Below are positions 22,553 to 35,205 of a stretch of 64,000 nucleotides of DNA, piece by piece. Positions within the stretch are counted from its first letter, which is position 1. Each line of letters begins with the position of its first letter. The stretch is from Lepidodermella squamata (taxonomy: Eukaryota > Animalia > Gastrotricha), in assembly GCA_047495785.1 (NCBI GenBank), contig JBLDXI010000004.1, positions 992,001 to 1,056,000 of the forward strand, written 5' to 3'. A program made the position numbers and the translations under genes. Under the pieces are notes generated by a model. That model did not search any database. It worked only from the letters and a program-made list of their open reading frames with translations, and was not told where the DNA came from.

Positions 22553-25169
22553 AATTCTGCGAAGCCCTTTACTTGTAAACTTTGAGAATATTATAAAATC
22601 GGTTAAAATGGTCCAAGGCTTTCCTTACGTAGATGTCCTGTTTTTATATATTGACAGAAGATTAATCCAAAAACTGTTGATCATTCTAGGTAATATTCTG
22701 CTAATCTCTCAACCCCCGCCTCTAGGGATCTTTCGACACATCAGGAGCTATAATAACAGAGTGACTAATACTTTTCCTGTGTCGAAATCTATATTAGTCA
22801 CGCCTCACCTGTCAAATCACCTAAATATTGTGAACCTATTCATTAGGTGACCGATAGATAATTATTGGCTGATGTATCACAGCAATTCAACGGCGATCAA
22901 ACTCAAATTGCTTGATTGACGTCGTCACATTTCAGCTAATAACTCAGTTAGCAGCTTTCACATGCAATAACAACTTATTGAAGTTTATTTGCCTTCAATG
23001 CTCTATAATAAATTCCTCAAAATTTAAACATTGAGAGCCTGCATCGCAATATGCCCCACTTCAGATTCCAGAAAGTGGGTATCCTTTATTTAATTCACTT
23101 CGCGGAAGAAGTCGCGGAGGAAATCGAACTCCGACAGTACATCGAGTACAGTAAGTTAATGCTGTACTAAATTCTACTGTAAAACCGACTGTACTCTCCG
23201 AACGACGGGCTGGTCGTATGATTTAGAACTTATGCTACAGCAGGGATGCCGTACAAAAATGCTGTCGGGGAGTGCTATACGGAAGAATACAGTCAGTACA
23301 GTGTTTCATCAGTAAAGGAAATTTTTCATCTATGTAGCAAAAATGTGGTTATTGACAATTCTTGATGAGTCTTTGATGACAGAAAGTGCTGTCGAGAGCG
23401 GGAGTCCAAAACGTTTCAAAAAATTTCAAAAGAAGAAAGGGGGTATTGGTATTGTGAAGTGGCTTGTCTGGAGGGTCAATTCCCATGAGCGCAACCTCAA
23501 AAGTGTAACCGAAAATTGCTTTAAAACAGGGAAATTCAAGGGAAATGTAATTCAACAAACAACAGATAAAAAGGAAAACACCAGGAGCTGCCTGAAAGCT
23601 GGTGATGATCGCCAGCAACCTCGCACCTCGCCAGTCGCCAGCAATGTCATAATTTTCTCGAAGTAAATTTGAGTCAATATAATTTTTTTTATTTTTCGTA
23701 CATCATGGAGTCGGGATGTAATCAGTCTTCCGTTTTTCGTTTTGGTCGGCTTTATTCAGAAAACCATGTAGAAAATGCCCACTTTCACGTATTTTGATTA
23801 TCGTAAAATCACGAAAAGCTATATTTGAGCTCATTGCTGTGAATGGACACATTATAAAAATAGTGTCTAACCGGACCGATTTTGGGGTAATACTTCTACT
23901 TACCAATTACAGGTTAAGTCCTTCAAGCGACGGTAAGCTAGACTCTAGAGTCAATCAGACGCGACGAGCGTGACTCTGCGAGTGGGGTGCCAGCAGCGGG
24001 GGTTGTATATTTGAATGAGGCCGGCTCATGTCTTTTTATCCACATGTGAGAATCGAAAAAAACAAAAGAACTTTCGCGTCTCTCATTGAGGTTTAAGTGC
24101 TCATTGTTTTTTTAGCTGAGTTAACCGGTTGATTTTAATGGGGTATAAAAAATATTCCGTTATACATTTTTAATTTATTTTTGAATGTTAACACTTTAAC
24201 TGCCCAAATTACGGCAAAAGTACCGTTGCGGTCGTAACTAAGTATCGGTATTTCGTATCGGCATTATATTTTGTTAATTTTAACCGGCATTTTTGACGTT
24301 ACAAAATTCCGGCACTTTTTGAGGGCATTGCCGGTAATTTGTAACGAAACAGGGAGAGAATTAGTCAACTAATGCTAATGAGCACTATAATCAGTAAAGG
24401 CAACGCCTGGATGTTAAGCAATGATTCAACTCATAACTTAAGATGTTATAATGATCTCAATGGAATGTTCGATTTTAGATTACTTGTTTCGATCTATTAA
24501 ATTAAAATGTGCATCAATTTTTTCTCCGACAATAGGTTTTTAGCGCAGCGCTTACCATTAATATGTTATCCAATTCAGATATTTTCGATAATTATTTCAG
24601 TTTGCATTTTATCTATCAAGAACATCTGAAAACCAAAATCTCTTGATTTCTCGTCGTTGCAGCAAGATAGGACCTATAAGATAACCCAGGGAGCCGTAGT
24701 TCGATGCTCAATTATTCCCTATAGCAGTGCTCCGCAAAATTGGTTTTTGCGGCCGCATGCGCCCGGCTGGGAAGTTCATGGAAAGCCGGAAGGCGCTCCT
24801 CGAATAGAGCGGCAGAATGCTTCATTTCGCACGATCTTGACGCGAAAATCAGCTTATTGCAGACTATGTTAACCCTTATCTTGGTGAAATACTATTGGCT
24901 GAAGCCTCGCTTCGATCGGATATATTATTTCACCCAGGTTTGCTAGGACCAATGCGACAATCTTGAGCAGTTTTTTTAAGCCATTTTAGCTGAATAGAAA
25001 GGGCATTTGAATTGAAGTTAATGTGTTAATGTGAGTGTGAGGTTTAACATAGGGCTCAACAACTGTGACACGTTAAGGAAAATGTTTCAGTACCGCTAAA
25101 GCAATCGGCTCAGTTGTCGTCGACGTTTCCAAGGCCTGTGGTATTTAGTTGAGTCCCGTAATCTAAGCG

Positions 25170-25700
25170 CATACTCGCGGAGGAAAATTGGTTGAAGAAA
25201 AATGTCCTTCAAGCTTGAAAGAAAATTCGCGGCCGAAGAAAGTGTATCAACAGTATAGGTGCGGCCGGAGAAGATTCGACTTGTATCCGGAGCTGAGGCT
25301 TTCAGTCCCCCGAAAATGCCTGCGGTAAAATAAGTTTGCGGATCACTGTTTCCTAGGATAGGAATGGCCGTGGCAAGTCACTCGCGTCGAGCTTCCGAGT
25401 TATAGCGTAGCATTCTAACCATATCCCAGACCGGCACGAGCAATTTTTGGCTCATTCGAACAACTCAGAACAATTCGATTTGACCCCTTTGTTCGCCTGT
25501 TTCGATCACTTTAGGATTTGTTCGGAGTTGTTCGGCTGGAAAATGCTCCAAAATTGCTCGTGCCTGTCTATGATACAGTAAAATCTGTCATCTCAAACCC
25601 TGCTAAACTTGAAACTAAGCTAGGAACCCTGCATCGGTCGCACGCGCGAGCTGGATTTTCTCTCCCCGAATTCGAAGTCGAAACTCTCTGGGTATCGAGT
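25170..25700 (+). pseudogene. Probable globin pseudogene interrupted by a MITE
   Basis: Fragments in globin order: NVLQA*KKI (A helix, W>stop), FDLYPELR (C), VASHSRR (E His), LETKLGTLHRSHARAGFSLPEF (F His/G); stops and a frameshift. Confidence 0.45.
25428..25569. mobile_element. Small MITE
   Basis: TIRs AGACCGGCACGAGCAATTTT / AAAATTGCTCGTGCCTGTCT. Confidence 0.65.
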
Positions 25701-26334
25701 TTTTTATTAGGACCCGTAGTCCTTCGAGATATGTTACTGTATGTTATTATATATTACCAAGAGCGGTAATATGAATTTAATTTTAGGACCGTTGCATGTG
25801 CAGCTTTAAAATATTTTAGAAACTTAAGCATTGAATAGGGCAGGCTTAGTCAACGAGGTTAAGGTCATTCGCCCCGCAACATTTAATTTGTTAGATTTGC
25901 AGCTCAGTCTTCTCTGATTAAACGATTAAACGAAAAACGAGGTCGTCGAAAAATCTACCTAGCAGCCACCGCGATGCAGATCAGTTTTTTCTCTTGCGAA
26001 ATTGATCCGGATTCGCGGCAACAGAAAGCCCAAAACAAGCTAGAGCAGGATTTGAGGCGTCAATGACTGCTTCGTCGGTGGATCTTCGACGTCGATTGGC
26101 GAAATTGACCCGGATCAAGGATTTATTGCCACCGCGACTGGGATACCAGTCAGACTTCTAAACGCCGCGCTGTGGAGGCACGGAATTCTGTGTGAAACCG
26201 GCTGGCAAGCTATCGTGAGGCGATCGATTTGATTGGCTTCTTCGGGGCAGCGATTGTTTCGTTTCGACCCGTTCGAACCAAAGAAACCCCGTACGAAGGG
26301 TTCCCGATCAGGGGGAAATTTCATTTTTCTATGG

Positions 26335-26832
26335 CTTTTGTTGTTTATGAAACGTAACGCATTTATTCCAGCGTTCAGTTATACTCGATAACCATCTTCA
26401 GGCATTAATTAAGAATCTAAATCGAAATCGAAATATGAGGTTAATATAATAATTAAGGATGATGTTTTTAGAATATATTGAAATTATGATCCGATTATCT
26501 TTTCATCTTCTTCTTGCACTTCTCATGGAATATCGGCTCCGAAAATAACTTAGCTTTGACCGAGTCGTTTAGTTTGTTGAGATTAGGCTTAAGCTTACGA
26601 ATGTAGAGCATTTCGAGAATAAGGCAATCCCATTTAGTTTGTCCTTTAGCGAGCACCTTGAAATACTTCTCAAGTCCGTCCTTCCCAACGCCATGCGGCT
26701 CCATATGTTTGGCGACTTCCGTGTATCGATGGCCTTCAACGCGTTGATGTAAGTGTTTGGATGTCATCCCAACATAATCAGTTTCGCACTGATCACATTT
26801 AAAGTGATACACAACACAAACTTGTCTATGGC
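26335..26832 (-). mobile_element. 5'-truncated Penelope-like element (GIY-YIG endonuclease end)
   Basis: VVYHFKCDQCETDYVGMTSKHLHQRVEGH...ILEMLYIRKLKPNLN; 10-bp direct repeat TTTTCTATGG (26325-26334, 26833-26842). Confidence 0.88.
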
Positions 26833-27350
26833 TTTTCTATGGAATAATCCTTTATTATTCAACCAAATTTTCCAGTTCTTTTTATATATAAATTGGTGAC
26901 CAGGCTTCTCGTGGTCACATTCATGTCGAATCTGCGCTCAAATACGACAGCTTCTAGAAATTTCAGCCCAACAAAATTGTTCTTCAAGATGTCAAAACTA
27001 GGCAAAAGTGCCACGCCCTATCACGGACTCGAAGCTTTGTTTGATGGAACGAGTAGAAAAATAACGTTTTCTTATTGCTAACACTGTTGAAGGTTGTGAG
27101 GAGTGCGTGAAACATTTTCCGAACTGATTGATTGCCAATATAATGGTAAAGCATTGACGGACGATCAAAAGTGGCGTTTCTTACTCAATACCGAAGAGTA
27201 CGATTGGTACGATACCGAAAAGTATTGAGTAAGAACTTTTTTCCTAAATTTTTCCTATGACTGAGGCTAAAATACGATACAGAAATGGTTACGCTGTAAC
27301 AACGAGAATGGGAAATGTTAATATGAAACACAATGTCTCTGTTGCGATTC

Positions 27351-27760
27351 TCAACGGATCCTATTTCTACCGATGCTACAACCAGCCTCGATAAAGTCAG
27401 GCCGATCTATCGCTTTCGTTTTCAAACATTTTTGTATTTTCGCCTGAAATAAAATAGAACCTATATATATGCAGCAACTATCTGGACGAAACTTACACTG
27501 CGCTTGCAAACTGCATAACACGTCGAGCGAGTGAGCTGATCCAAAGCTTTGCTGACCATAACTTCCACCCGCATCAGTTCATCATTTTTGCCAATAGGTG
27601 GCTCGACCATCGAACTGCGTAGCCCCAGAAGGAAATTTTCAAAAGCCTCACCATTGTCGCGCAACAGCTGCCGCAGACAATCGAGCCACCGTTGCGATAT
27701 TTGGAAATTATCCAAAGCAATCGTCCCAAAAAACAACCATGCATATTTGGGGTAATTTAT
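27351..27760 (-). CDS. Small 4-Cys peptide precursor, paralog A (start uncertain)
   Basis: Exons ~27760-27497 and 27443-27351: ...LFFGTIA...TRSTCYAVCKRS|AKIQKCLKTKAIDRPDFIEAGCSIGRNRIR*; no clear in-frame ATG. Confidence 0.65.
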
Positions 27761-27916
27761 CCTACTCTTATAAAACGTGAAAGCCCATCAACAAATTACT
27801 GCTAATGTTTAAAAAGAATTCGTATTCCTTCTTGACTATTCCATGAAGTCCCTGAAAAGACGCTCTGGTTTACTTTGAAGATATTATTTATTAAAAACTG
27901 GGTTACACAAATACAT

Positions 27917-28321
27917 TTACGGGGAGAGATTTCTCAATCTCACTGTGCCTGGCGTTTTGTAAACACGCATGCCAGAAAATGAATTACGATTATTACGGTT
28001 ATTACGATGCGGCCATGCTGACCACGGTGATTTTCCTCCGGCTTTTAACCACTGCAGACCCTGAACATCAGCCTTATTTAGCCCCGTTAGATCAGTGACA
28101 AGTTCCGTTCGAAAAGCTCTGCCACTTGTGGCTAGCTTGCGAAAAAATAGCGCTGAATTACTTTGAGAATCAGGATTGGAAGCGGCGTTTTCAGCTGTGA
28201 GTTCATCATGTTCGACTGGTGTTGTCTCGCTGTTCAAATCGTACAACAAGCCCAACGCTGCACCTATTAACGCTAGCCAGGACAAATTAAGAAGGAAAAC
28301 AAATAATACTTGCATTATCAT
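27917..28321 (-). CDS. Small putative secreted precursor (signal, acidic pro-segment, cationic tail)
   Basis: Hydrophobic leader, acidic NSETTPVEHDELTAE, basic C-terminus, AATAAA just after the stop; paralog of 14529-14876. Confidence 0.7.
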   Translation of the reverse strand: MIMQVLFVFLLNLSWLALIGAALGLLYDLNSETTPVEHDELTAENAASNPDSQSNSALFFRKLATSGRAFRTELVTDLTGLNKADVQGLQWLKAGGKSPWSAWPHRNNRNNRNSFSGMRVYKTPGTVRLRNLSP

Positions 28322-29120
28322 CTGCTGAGCATCCTGATTCTGAGATTCTGAAGGTTTTTAAACACTTCCGCAAATTGTTGTCGCCATCGATTAGCCACCA
28401 GTTCGGGACAAGTTGAAGAGGTTTTAGTTTGAGGGAAACTAGGGCCACACTCGTCACATCTGTCTAGCTTGATTAATGTTTTGCCCGGTTTCCTGATTGT
28501 TCATGATCAGGCCTTTTAAAATGTCTCCTATACTATGAAACCTTCATTATGGCAATCAGCATAGTTAGTTATCAGCTATGAATTTCTTGTTACTCTCAAA
28601 CCTATGTTGGGCTGGAATTCCGAGTCTTATTCTATTATTCTATTCCATTTGCAATTCGGACTCATGCATGCAACAATTATTGGTGGGGTTTTGATCAATT
28701 TGGTCTATAATATTTTTCTAGCCTTCAAACATCCTGCCCTTATGCGACCAAATGGATGTAGAATTTTCGATCGATTTTTTGCATGCATCAAATTCAAATA
28801 TGATAGCACGAGAATTCTAGTTCCTTTTGGTAGCATATAAGCTTTATTGTCTGTCTGCTGACATCTAGCGTGTCCAGCTACGCAGAATTACTAATTCATA
28901 GGGTTGTTTGCTAATTCTTCTCTAGAAAATTGAATTCTTGTCAATTATTTATTTTCGTAATAAACACTCATCAAATGTCTTCGATTGGATTTAACGATGG
29001 ATATGCATTGCCGCACTTCTGACAGGCACAATTAAATTAACCTACTTAAGATCAATTTCAACAACCTTCATTCCTCAGGGTATTTAAACCGAAATAGGAG
29101 AAGCGTCTGGCCCTTGAAAA

Positions 29121-29496
29121 ATGCTCTGCATGGTGAAGATTGTGATTTTAGCAGCCATGTTCGCCGGAACTATTGCTAAACCCTCAGCCAGGATTCTATC
29201 TGGTCAAATAGGCGAACGAAGTGTATTTCTGCTCGCTCTCAATCTGATGAGCGAATCTCAGCTGGCCGAATTGGAGGCTAAGGCTGTAGCGGCGATTGAA
29301 AGGCTGACCACGCGTCAGTGCCGAGTGCTTTGCAAACGATCGGTAATGCGTTGAAAATGCGTTGAAGATCACCCCTTCAATTTTATTTTCACAGGTCAAA
29401 GTAACGAGTTGCCTTGGTGAGAAACCAGCTCATCGGCAAAGTTTTATGAAAGTCAACTGTACCAACATTTCAGCGCCGAAGTTTCATCAAGGTTGA
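29121..29496 (+). CDS. Small secreted 4-Cys peptide precursor, paralog B
   Basis: Exons 29121-29342 and 29395-29496: signal MVKIVILAAMFAGTIA, ...TTRQCRVLCKRS|VKVTSCLGEKPAHRQSFMKVNCTNISAPKFHQG*; TATTTAAA at ~29081. Confidence 0.8.
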
Positions 29497-29947
29497 ACGC
29501 ATATTCCACTGAATCACTTTCAAGTATTCAATCCAAAATCCCATACAACTTTCAGTTATTGTAACACTATTGTGGAAGCTTCATTTCGGCTTGTATTTTC
29601 ATTGTCATTTTCAACACAAAGTGGATGACGAGGAACCCTTCATTTCAAAAAATAGCAAAGGCAGCAGTATCCACAGTTTGAAACTCAATAAAATGACTTC
29701 GAGAGCTACCTATGAGAGATAACGAATTGTTCTAGTCGTTTGCCTTCGTATTATATATGATAATTGCCTTCAGCACCCTTTGAACAACAGATAAACCTAG
29801 GCTACTGATTTCATAAGAAAATGTTGCCGATGGCGTTATCATCTTTATTATCTGTTGATTTCGGCCGATATTTCAAATTACATTCCGCCCCATTTTCGCC
29901 CCGAATGAGCTCCCAGAAGACAGGTGGAATTATGGTCTATGTCATTG

Positions 29948-30245
29948 TGGAACCACTGGTAAGTTGAACTTTGGCGCGCACGCTGATTGGTCAATTATTC
30001 GTTGCTAATGACTCCGGAATGAAACATTTACGTCGTACGATCCACTAATAAATTATTTTTATGTAAAAATGACCTTGGCACACCCTCTGCACGGTTTCCA
30101 TTGACCACGAGCGTAAACTCCATATTAATTGTGGTAGATTGCTGCGGCAAAAAACACTTGTTGCAACAAATCTTATGGATCGCACGACTGAACGTTTCAT
30201 CCGGGAGTCATAGCAACGATCGATTGACCAATCAGCGTGCGCATT
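29948..30245. mobile_element. Inverted-repeat element, copy 1 (copy 2 at ~31834-32046, inside an NHR intron)
   Basis: GCGCACGCTGATTGGTCAAT...ATTGACCAATCAGCGTGCGC inverted repeats; shared interior with the second copy. Confidence 0.7.
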
Positions 30246-31241
30246 GGATTGGACTTTTAAGTGGTCACACAATGGTATTGGGTTAATACCCCCAAATAAA
30301 TTGAAACTGTTGACCAAATTGCAGCAAACTCATTGATCCTAGAGGAAAAAACCCTCAATGGTTTTGTCACCACTTATCATTGCTATTTTGGAAAGTTTTC
30401 TCAATTTTAGGATGTTTAATTTATTTCTTCGTTTTATTTATTTTGTCCGCGACTGATCCTTCGAACTCGATCTGATCGCCCGTCGCCGTCCCCAAAACCC
30501 GCATGGGTATTTTGGAATTTGTTGTACATATGTTTGATGTACTTTTATTCCACGAAAAATAAACAATTTCATTTTGTGGTCATAATTTATTTTGAAAATA
30601 TCAGGCTTGAAGCAGATGTTGACTTCACCTTATGCGATTAAACACCATGAATTATCGACTGTAGGTCATCAGGGATGCTACGACGAACCTACTGATCCTA
30701 AGATCCTACAGATATTGGCGAAGAACATGCATGAAAATGGGTGCGTCCCAGACCGGCGTTTGCACTTGCGAACAATGCCGAACGTAGGGGTGGCTGAAGA
30801 AATCAAATCAAATCAAATCAAAGTCACAGGCAATCTCAAGAGAATGGTTCCCTGCTTACTTGTCTTCTACAACAAAGCTGCGAGTTCTTGAAATTCAACG
30901 ACACGCGAATTTCCAAAGGTTACGGATTAGCAATTAGCCACTTTTGCCCATTTATTCGTGCCATATGTTGTAAAAAACAGCAGCTATAATGAGGTGCGTC
31001 ACCTGTCAATCAATTAATTTCGTTACGGTACAAGCTGATCATTAAACTAGTTTCGGGATCACTTAACCGCGTGACAAAACAATTTACAGAAATGAAATTG
31101 CATAGAAGGATTGTACTGTCACTGTAACTTGTACATCCCGCTGGCAAATTGTTAATTAGAGAAACGTTCACAACCTGAGCCTCTCATCTTTTCTCAATTG
31201 TTGATCTATATCAACCTAATTCTTGGAGGTTGCGTTACGTC

Positions 31242-33195
31242 ATGAGTGCTATACCTCATACGTGCTACATTACTCGCCAGAAAAATCTGCACCTAACCGC
31301 TACGAGCCAGTCGAGCCGATTCTCGTGCCAGGTTCTACTTTACCGCGCATTATTCTGTAATGTCTCTTGTAATTTTTGTGCAGGTTTGTCGCCTAGAAAC
31401 TGATGGGCGCATTCGATACGGTGCGAACGTCTGCGATGCTTGCAAGAAGTTTTTCACAAGAAATTACGCTAAAATTGACGAAATGAAATGTAGTAAAGCT
31501 GTAGCCGGGGCATGCTTCCTTTCACGCAAATATCCGCAAGTACGCTGTGCACCTTGCCGTTTAAAGATGTGCTACCTGGCTGGAATGCGACACGGCAACA
31601 TGCCGGATAGTGAAACGGCTAAGGAATCGCAGCAGATAAACACTGCAATACAAGGTTAGAAAATCATATGAGCTATAAGCATACATTATACAAACATAAA
31701 TCATATTTTCCCAGGGCCCATCGTGAGCCCAACCAATTTCGATGCCATCAACGGGGAAAGCTACCTTTGTACTATTCTTGCAGCACATGAGACCCTATCT
31801 GCGTTATCAACCGTAAGAAAAATTCTTACATTGTGGAACCTCTAGAAAGTTGAACTTTGGCGTGCATGCTGATTGGTCAATTGAACGTTGCCATGACTCC
31901 GGGAAGAAACATCTCAGCCGTGCGATCCCCAAATAAATTATTTTATAATTATGTAAAAAATGACCGTGCCATACCTTGCCATACTGCGGCAAAAAACACT
32001 TGTTGCAAAAAATCCGGGAGTCATAGCAACGATCGATTGACCAATGAGTTCCAGTTCCAATTCCAGTTTTTTCGATTAACCGTTGGGTTCGACCACGACG
32101 GCCCGGCCCGGTGATAAGCACGGGCCTCAGGTTTAATTTTTATCCGCGGCATCTCTAGCGTGGGTATTTTTAGCCCTGAATTTATCTGACCAAAGGATCT
32201 CCCTGTGGTTGGTCTTCGCACACTGCACCAAACACCAAGTTCAAAGGTCAACATAAACCCTCTCCAGGCGTTTTCAAGTTTCATTGTTAATCAGATTTCA
32301 GATTTCCTGTTCAAAATGCCATTTTGGTTTTATCTACAGCTCCCTCTTGCTAATGATTTTGCTACTTTGCCGAAAGACGACAGCCAGTTGTGCTGGAGAG
32401 GCGTGATGGAACACTACGTCTTATTCCTTCAACACAGCTCGGTGTATGTGAAACAACTACCAGGTATTAAATTGTTTAACATGCCGCGCCGAGTTTTCCA
32501 ACACGTTTCTTACATCTTACAGGCTTCTCGCTAGTTACACTGAACGACCGCCGCAAGCTCTTTGCGAAATCTCTCGTGCCAACCGCCCTGGTATGGCGGT
32601 CTTTGCATGGCTTAATAGGCTTTGGTTTGAGTCATCGGAACCTGGCAATCTTGAGTGCCCATTTCCCCATGTATCAAGTGAGTATTTGCCACAATAGAAA
32701 GTGTCAATATCTCTGTTTTCTCAGGCGAAAATTGCCTTTAGCTTCCGGCTGTGTTCAAAAATCGCCTCGTACAAACTATCAAGAGATGAATGTGCCTTAC
32801 TTGAAGCTGCGTTGTTTTACCAAGGTAATTGCGCCTCTCTTCTTTTGACAAACATAAATATATGGGAATATTCATGAAGGCGTGAATTCCAGCAGTATGG
32901 AGAACCCTGACGTCGTTGTAACTCAGATGCAAGCGATACATTACGCATTAGCTGCGATTCAGCCGAAAAATGATATTGGCAACCGAAGGGTATAATCATA
33001 TTTCCACCAAATCTACCGTGTTTCTTTTTATGATTCATCCAGCTGGAACAATTGCATGACCTCTTAGCAATGCTAGCTGAAGTGCCGTCGTATAATGGTA
33101 AATTCATGAGCAAATTTCATGAAGCGCGACCTGATTTGGCTGTGATCAATCCAGCATGGTACGAAGTTATGGTTACTCTTACGAATTCGTGTTGA
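31242..33195 (+). CDS. Second divergent nuclear hormone receptor, multi-exon
   Basis: Exon 31242-31331 then 31384-: CQ|VCRLETDGRIRYGANVCDACKKFFTR..CSKAVAGAC..CAPCRLKMCYLAGM; LBD exons YVKQLP|GFSLVTLNDRRKLF, LSRDECALLEAALFY, last exon ending WYEVMVTLTNSC*. Confidence 0.85.
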
Positions 33196-34400
33196 CGTTG
33201 GGATAGAGTTACCCTAAATACGTATTCGTGTTACCCTGAAATAGGATTGGAAAATCCATAAAAATAGGGAGAGAAAGTAATTACTTTGCTACATTTTTGT
33301 GAAAAAGTGATATCCGTGATTATCAAAATAAAAAAATGGCAGTTACATTGTCATATATCACAATTATGAAAGTATCACCCCCATAGTTTTGTTGAATTCA
33401 GGGCTAGAATCGAAGTGAGTTCCGGTAATAACCAGACGATTTAAACCGGTTAACCTTCGTTCTCATACCACTGATTTTAGAAACACACAAGGAGAGTATA
33501 GTTCACTTTCAGGCATTGTTTCTAAATTACAATTATTTCAGGTTTTTTAATCCCATTTGACTGATTTGGACACATAGAATTTTTTTAAATTAATATTAAA
33601 ATTCTGGAAATACATTCTATACAAAGCTGCAAAACACTTCTTTCTGAGGAACAAAGCAGCCCAGTCAAAGCAAAGAGTTATTTCAGATTTGATCAGTCTT
33701 AAAGGTGTACAATTTCGGGTTTCACTTTCTGAACGTTAAAGACAGACTAAAAGGGACGTGATGGCGCATGGTTAAAGTTAGATATGTTCACAATTGACAT
33801 TTTTCTTGCGCGTCGTATTTTTCACGGCTTTAAACCGTAAATTTTTTTGAACATCTCCTCAAACTTTAGAAATCTGACCTGTCAGCACGATTCTTAAGCA
33901 GTAAGCTGCAGTTGATAAACCGAATCATTTTTGCATGGCGAAACGCGAAAGCCTATAGGTGTTTGGGCCTAGGGTTATACAGTTACTGCCGCGCTACTCC
34001 TCTTGTGGAATAGATTTCCCCAAAATCCCCCAAAATTTCCCAGAATTGTGGCAACAGTAATCACCGGAAAACAAGGTTTTCGACCGATGACCGATCAATG
34101 CATTTATCCCAGTTTATATGCAGGCTATTCTATTTGTCCTATATTCTATTTCTTTTGCGAACTTCAGTTTTTTTCAACCAACATTTTCAAATTAAGAGGT
34201 CAACTAAGTGCATGTTTACGATGACTCAATTGTTCAGTCAGCGTCGTTGCATGGGTTTTATTGAAAAACTGACACATGGTCCGTCGTGTAAATCTGTCAT
34301 GATGAGTGAAAATCATGAGTGGACTGAGTCGCTAATAAAATCAGTCATGACCAATGTGACACGGTTACGATTCAGATCACCAGCACCTCAGTCTAATTAA

Positions 34401-34802
34401 CCCTTAGCCGCCGGCGCAATGACGTGTTAACTCGAGCAACTTTCAGAAAATCCCAGAAAATCAAGAAGAGGCTAAAATCAAATTCTAAGTCGGCAGAAAG
34501 TCTTACATTTAGCCTTAGATTGAAAGCCGAACCTCTTTTTCAGCAGAAATTTACCTGGGTTGCCGTTGCTATGGCGTGTTAACGCGTTTTCATGACGTGT
34601 TAACAAGTCATTTATAATTTTTCTCACTATTTTCGACCTGGTCAGAATGGCTTTGAAAATGTGGATTTTCGGGGAGTGCTTGTTTCTTGCTATTGATTTA
34701 TCATAATTTATGACGCATCAATGGGTTCGATAGCCCAAATCCTCCGACCACGGTGAATTTTCTCCGGAATTAACGCGTGTACACGTCTTCGGCGGCTAAG
34801 GG
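34401..34802. mobile_element. piggyBac-type MITE
   Basis: TTAA|CCCTTAGCCGCCG...CGGCGGCTAAGGG|TTAA. Confidence 0.85.
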
Positions 34803-34905
34803 TTAATGTGGACCTGTGATACAGCGGATTTACTACTTAGCGCTTAGCGGGTATAAAACAAGGGAATATGCTACCATGGGTCATATCTCAAATTTTAAAC
34901 TTATA

Positions 34906-35205
34906 ATGAAGAGCCTATTCCCCGGTATATTGTTAGTTGCTTGTTTTGCAGTTATTTCGTCGTGTAGACCGGTCATAGCAAGGAACGGGCGATTCAGCGA
35001 AACAATTTTCCACGCATTGAATCAGTGTTCGAACCACGAAGAGGCTTGGCGATCTGCTCCGTCGCTCATCACACCATGCATCGGAAAGATCGAAAATTTT
35101 CAATGGCTTGACGCTTCCACGGCAGCGCAATTTGGACACCAGCAGGGGCAGCTCCCTGTCATGCTTTTCCAAAATGAATTCGGCACTGTGAATGAGCTTA
35201 ATTGA
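34906..35205 (+). CDS. Small putative secreted protein
   Basis: TATAAAA at ~34852; MKSLFPGILLVACFAVISSC leader; 3' end may be spliced. Confidence 0.6.
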   Translation: MKSLFPGILLVACFAVISSCRPVIARNGRFSETIFHALNQCSNHEEAWRSAPSLITPCIGKIENFQWLDASTAAQFGHQQGQLPVMLFQNEFGTVNELN

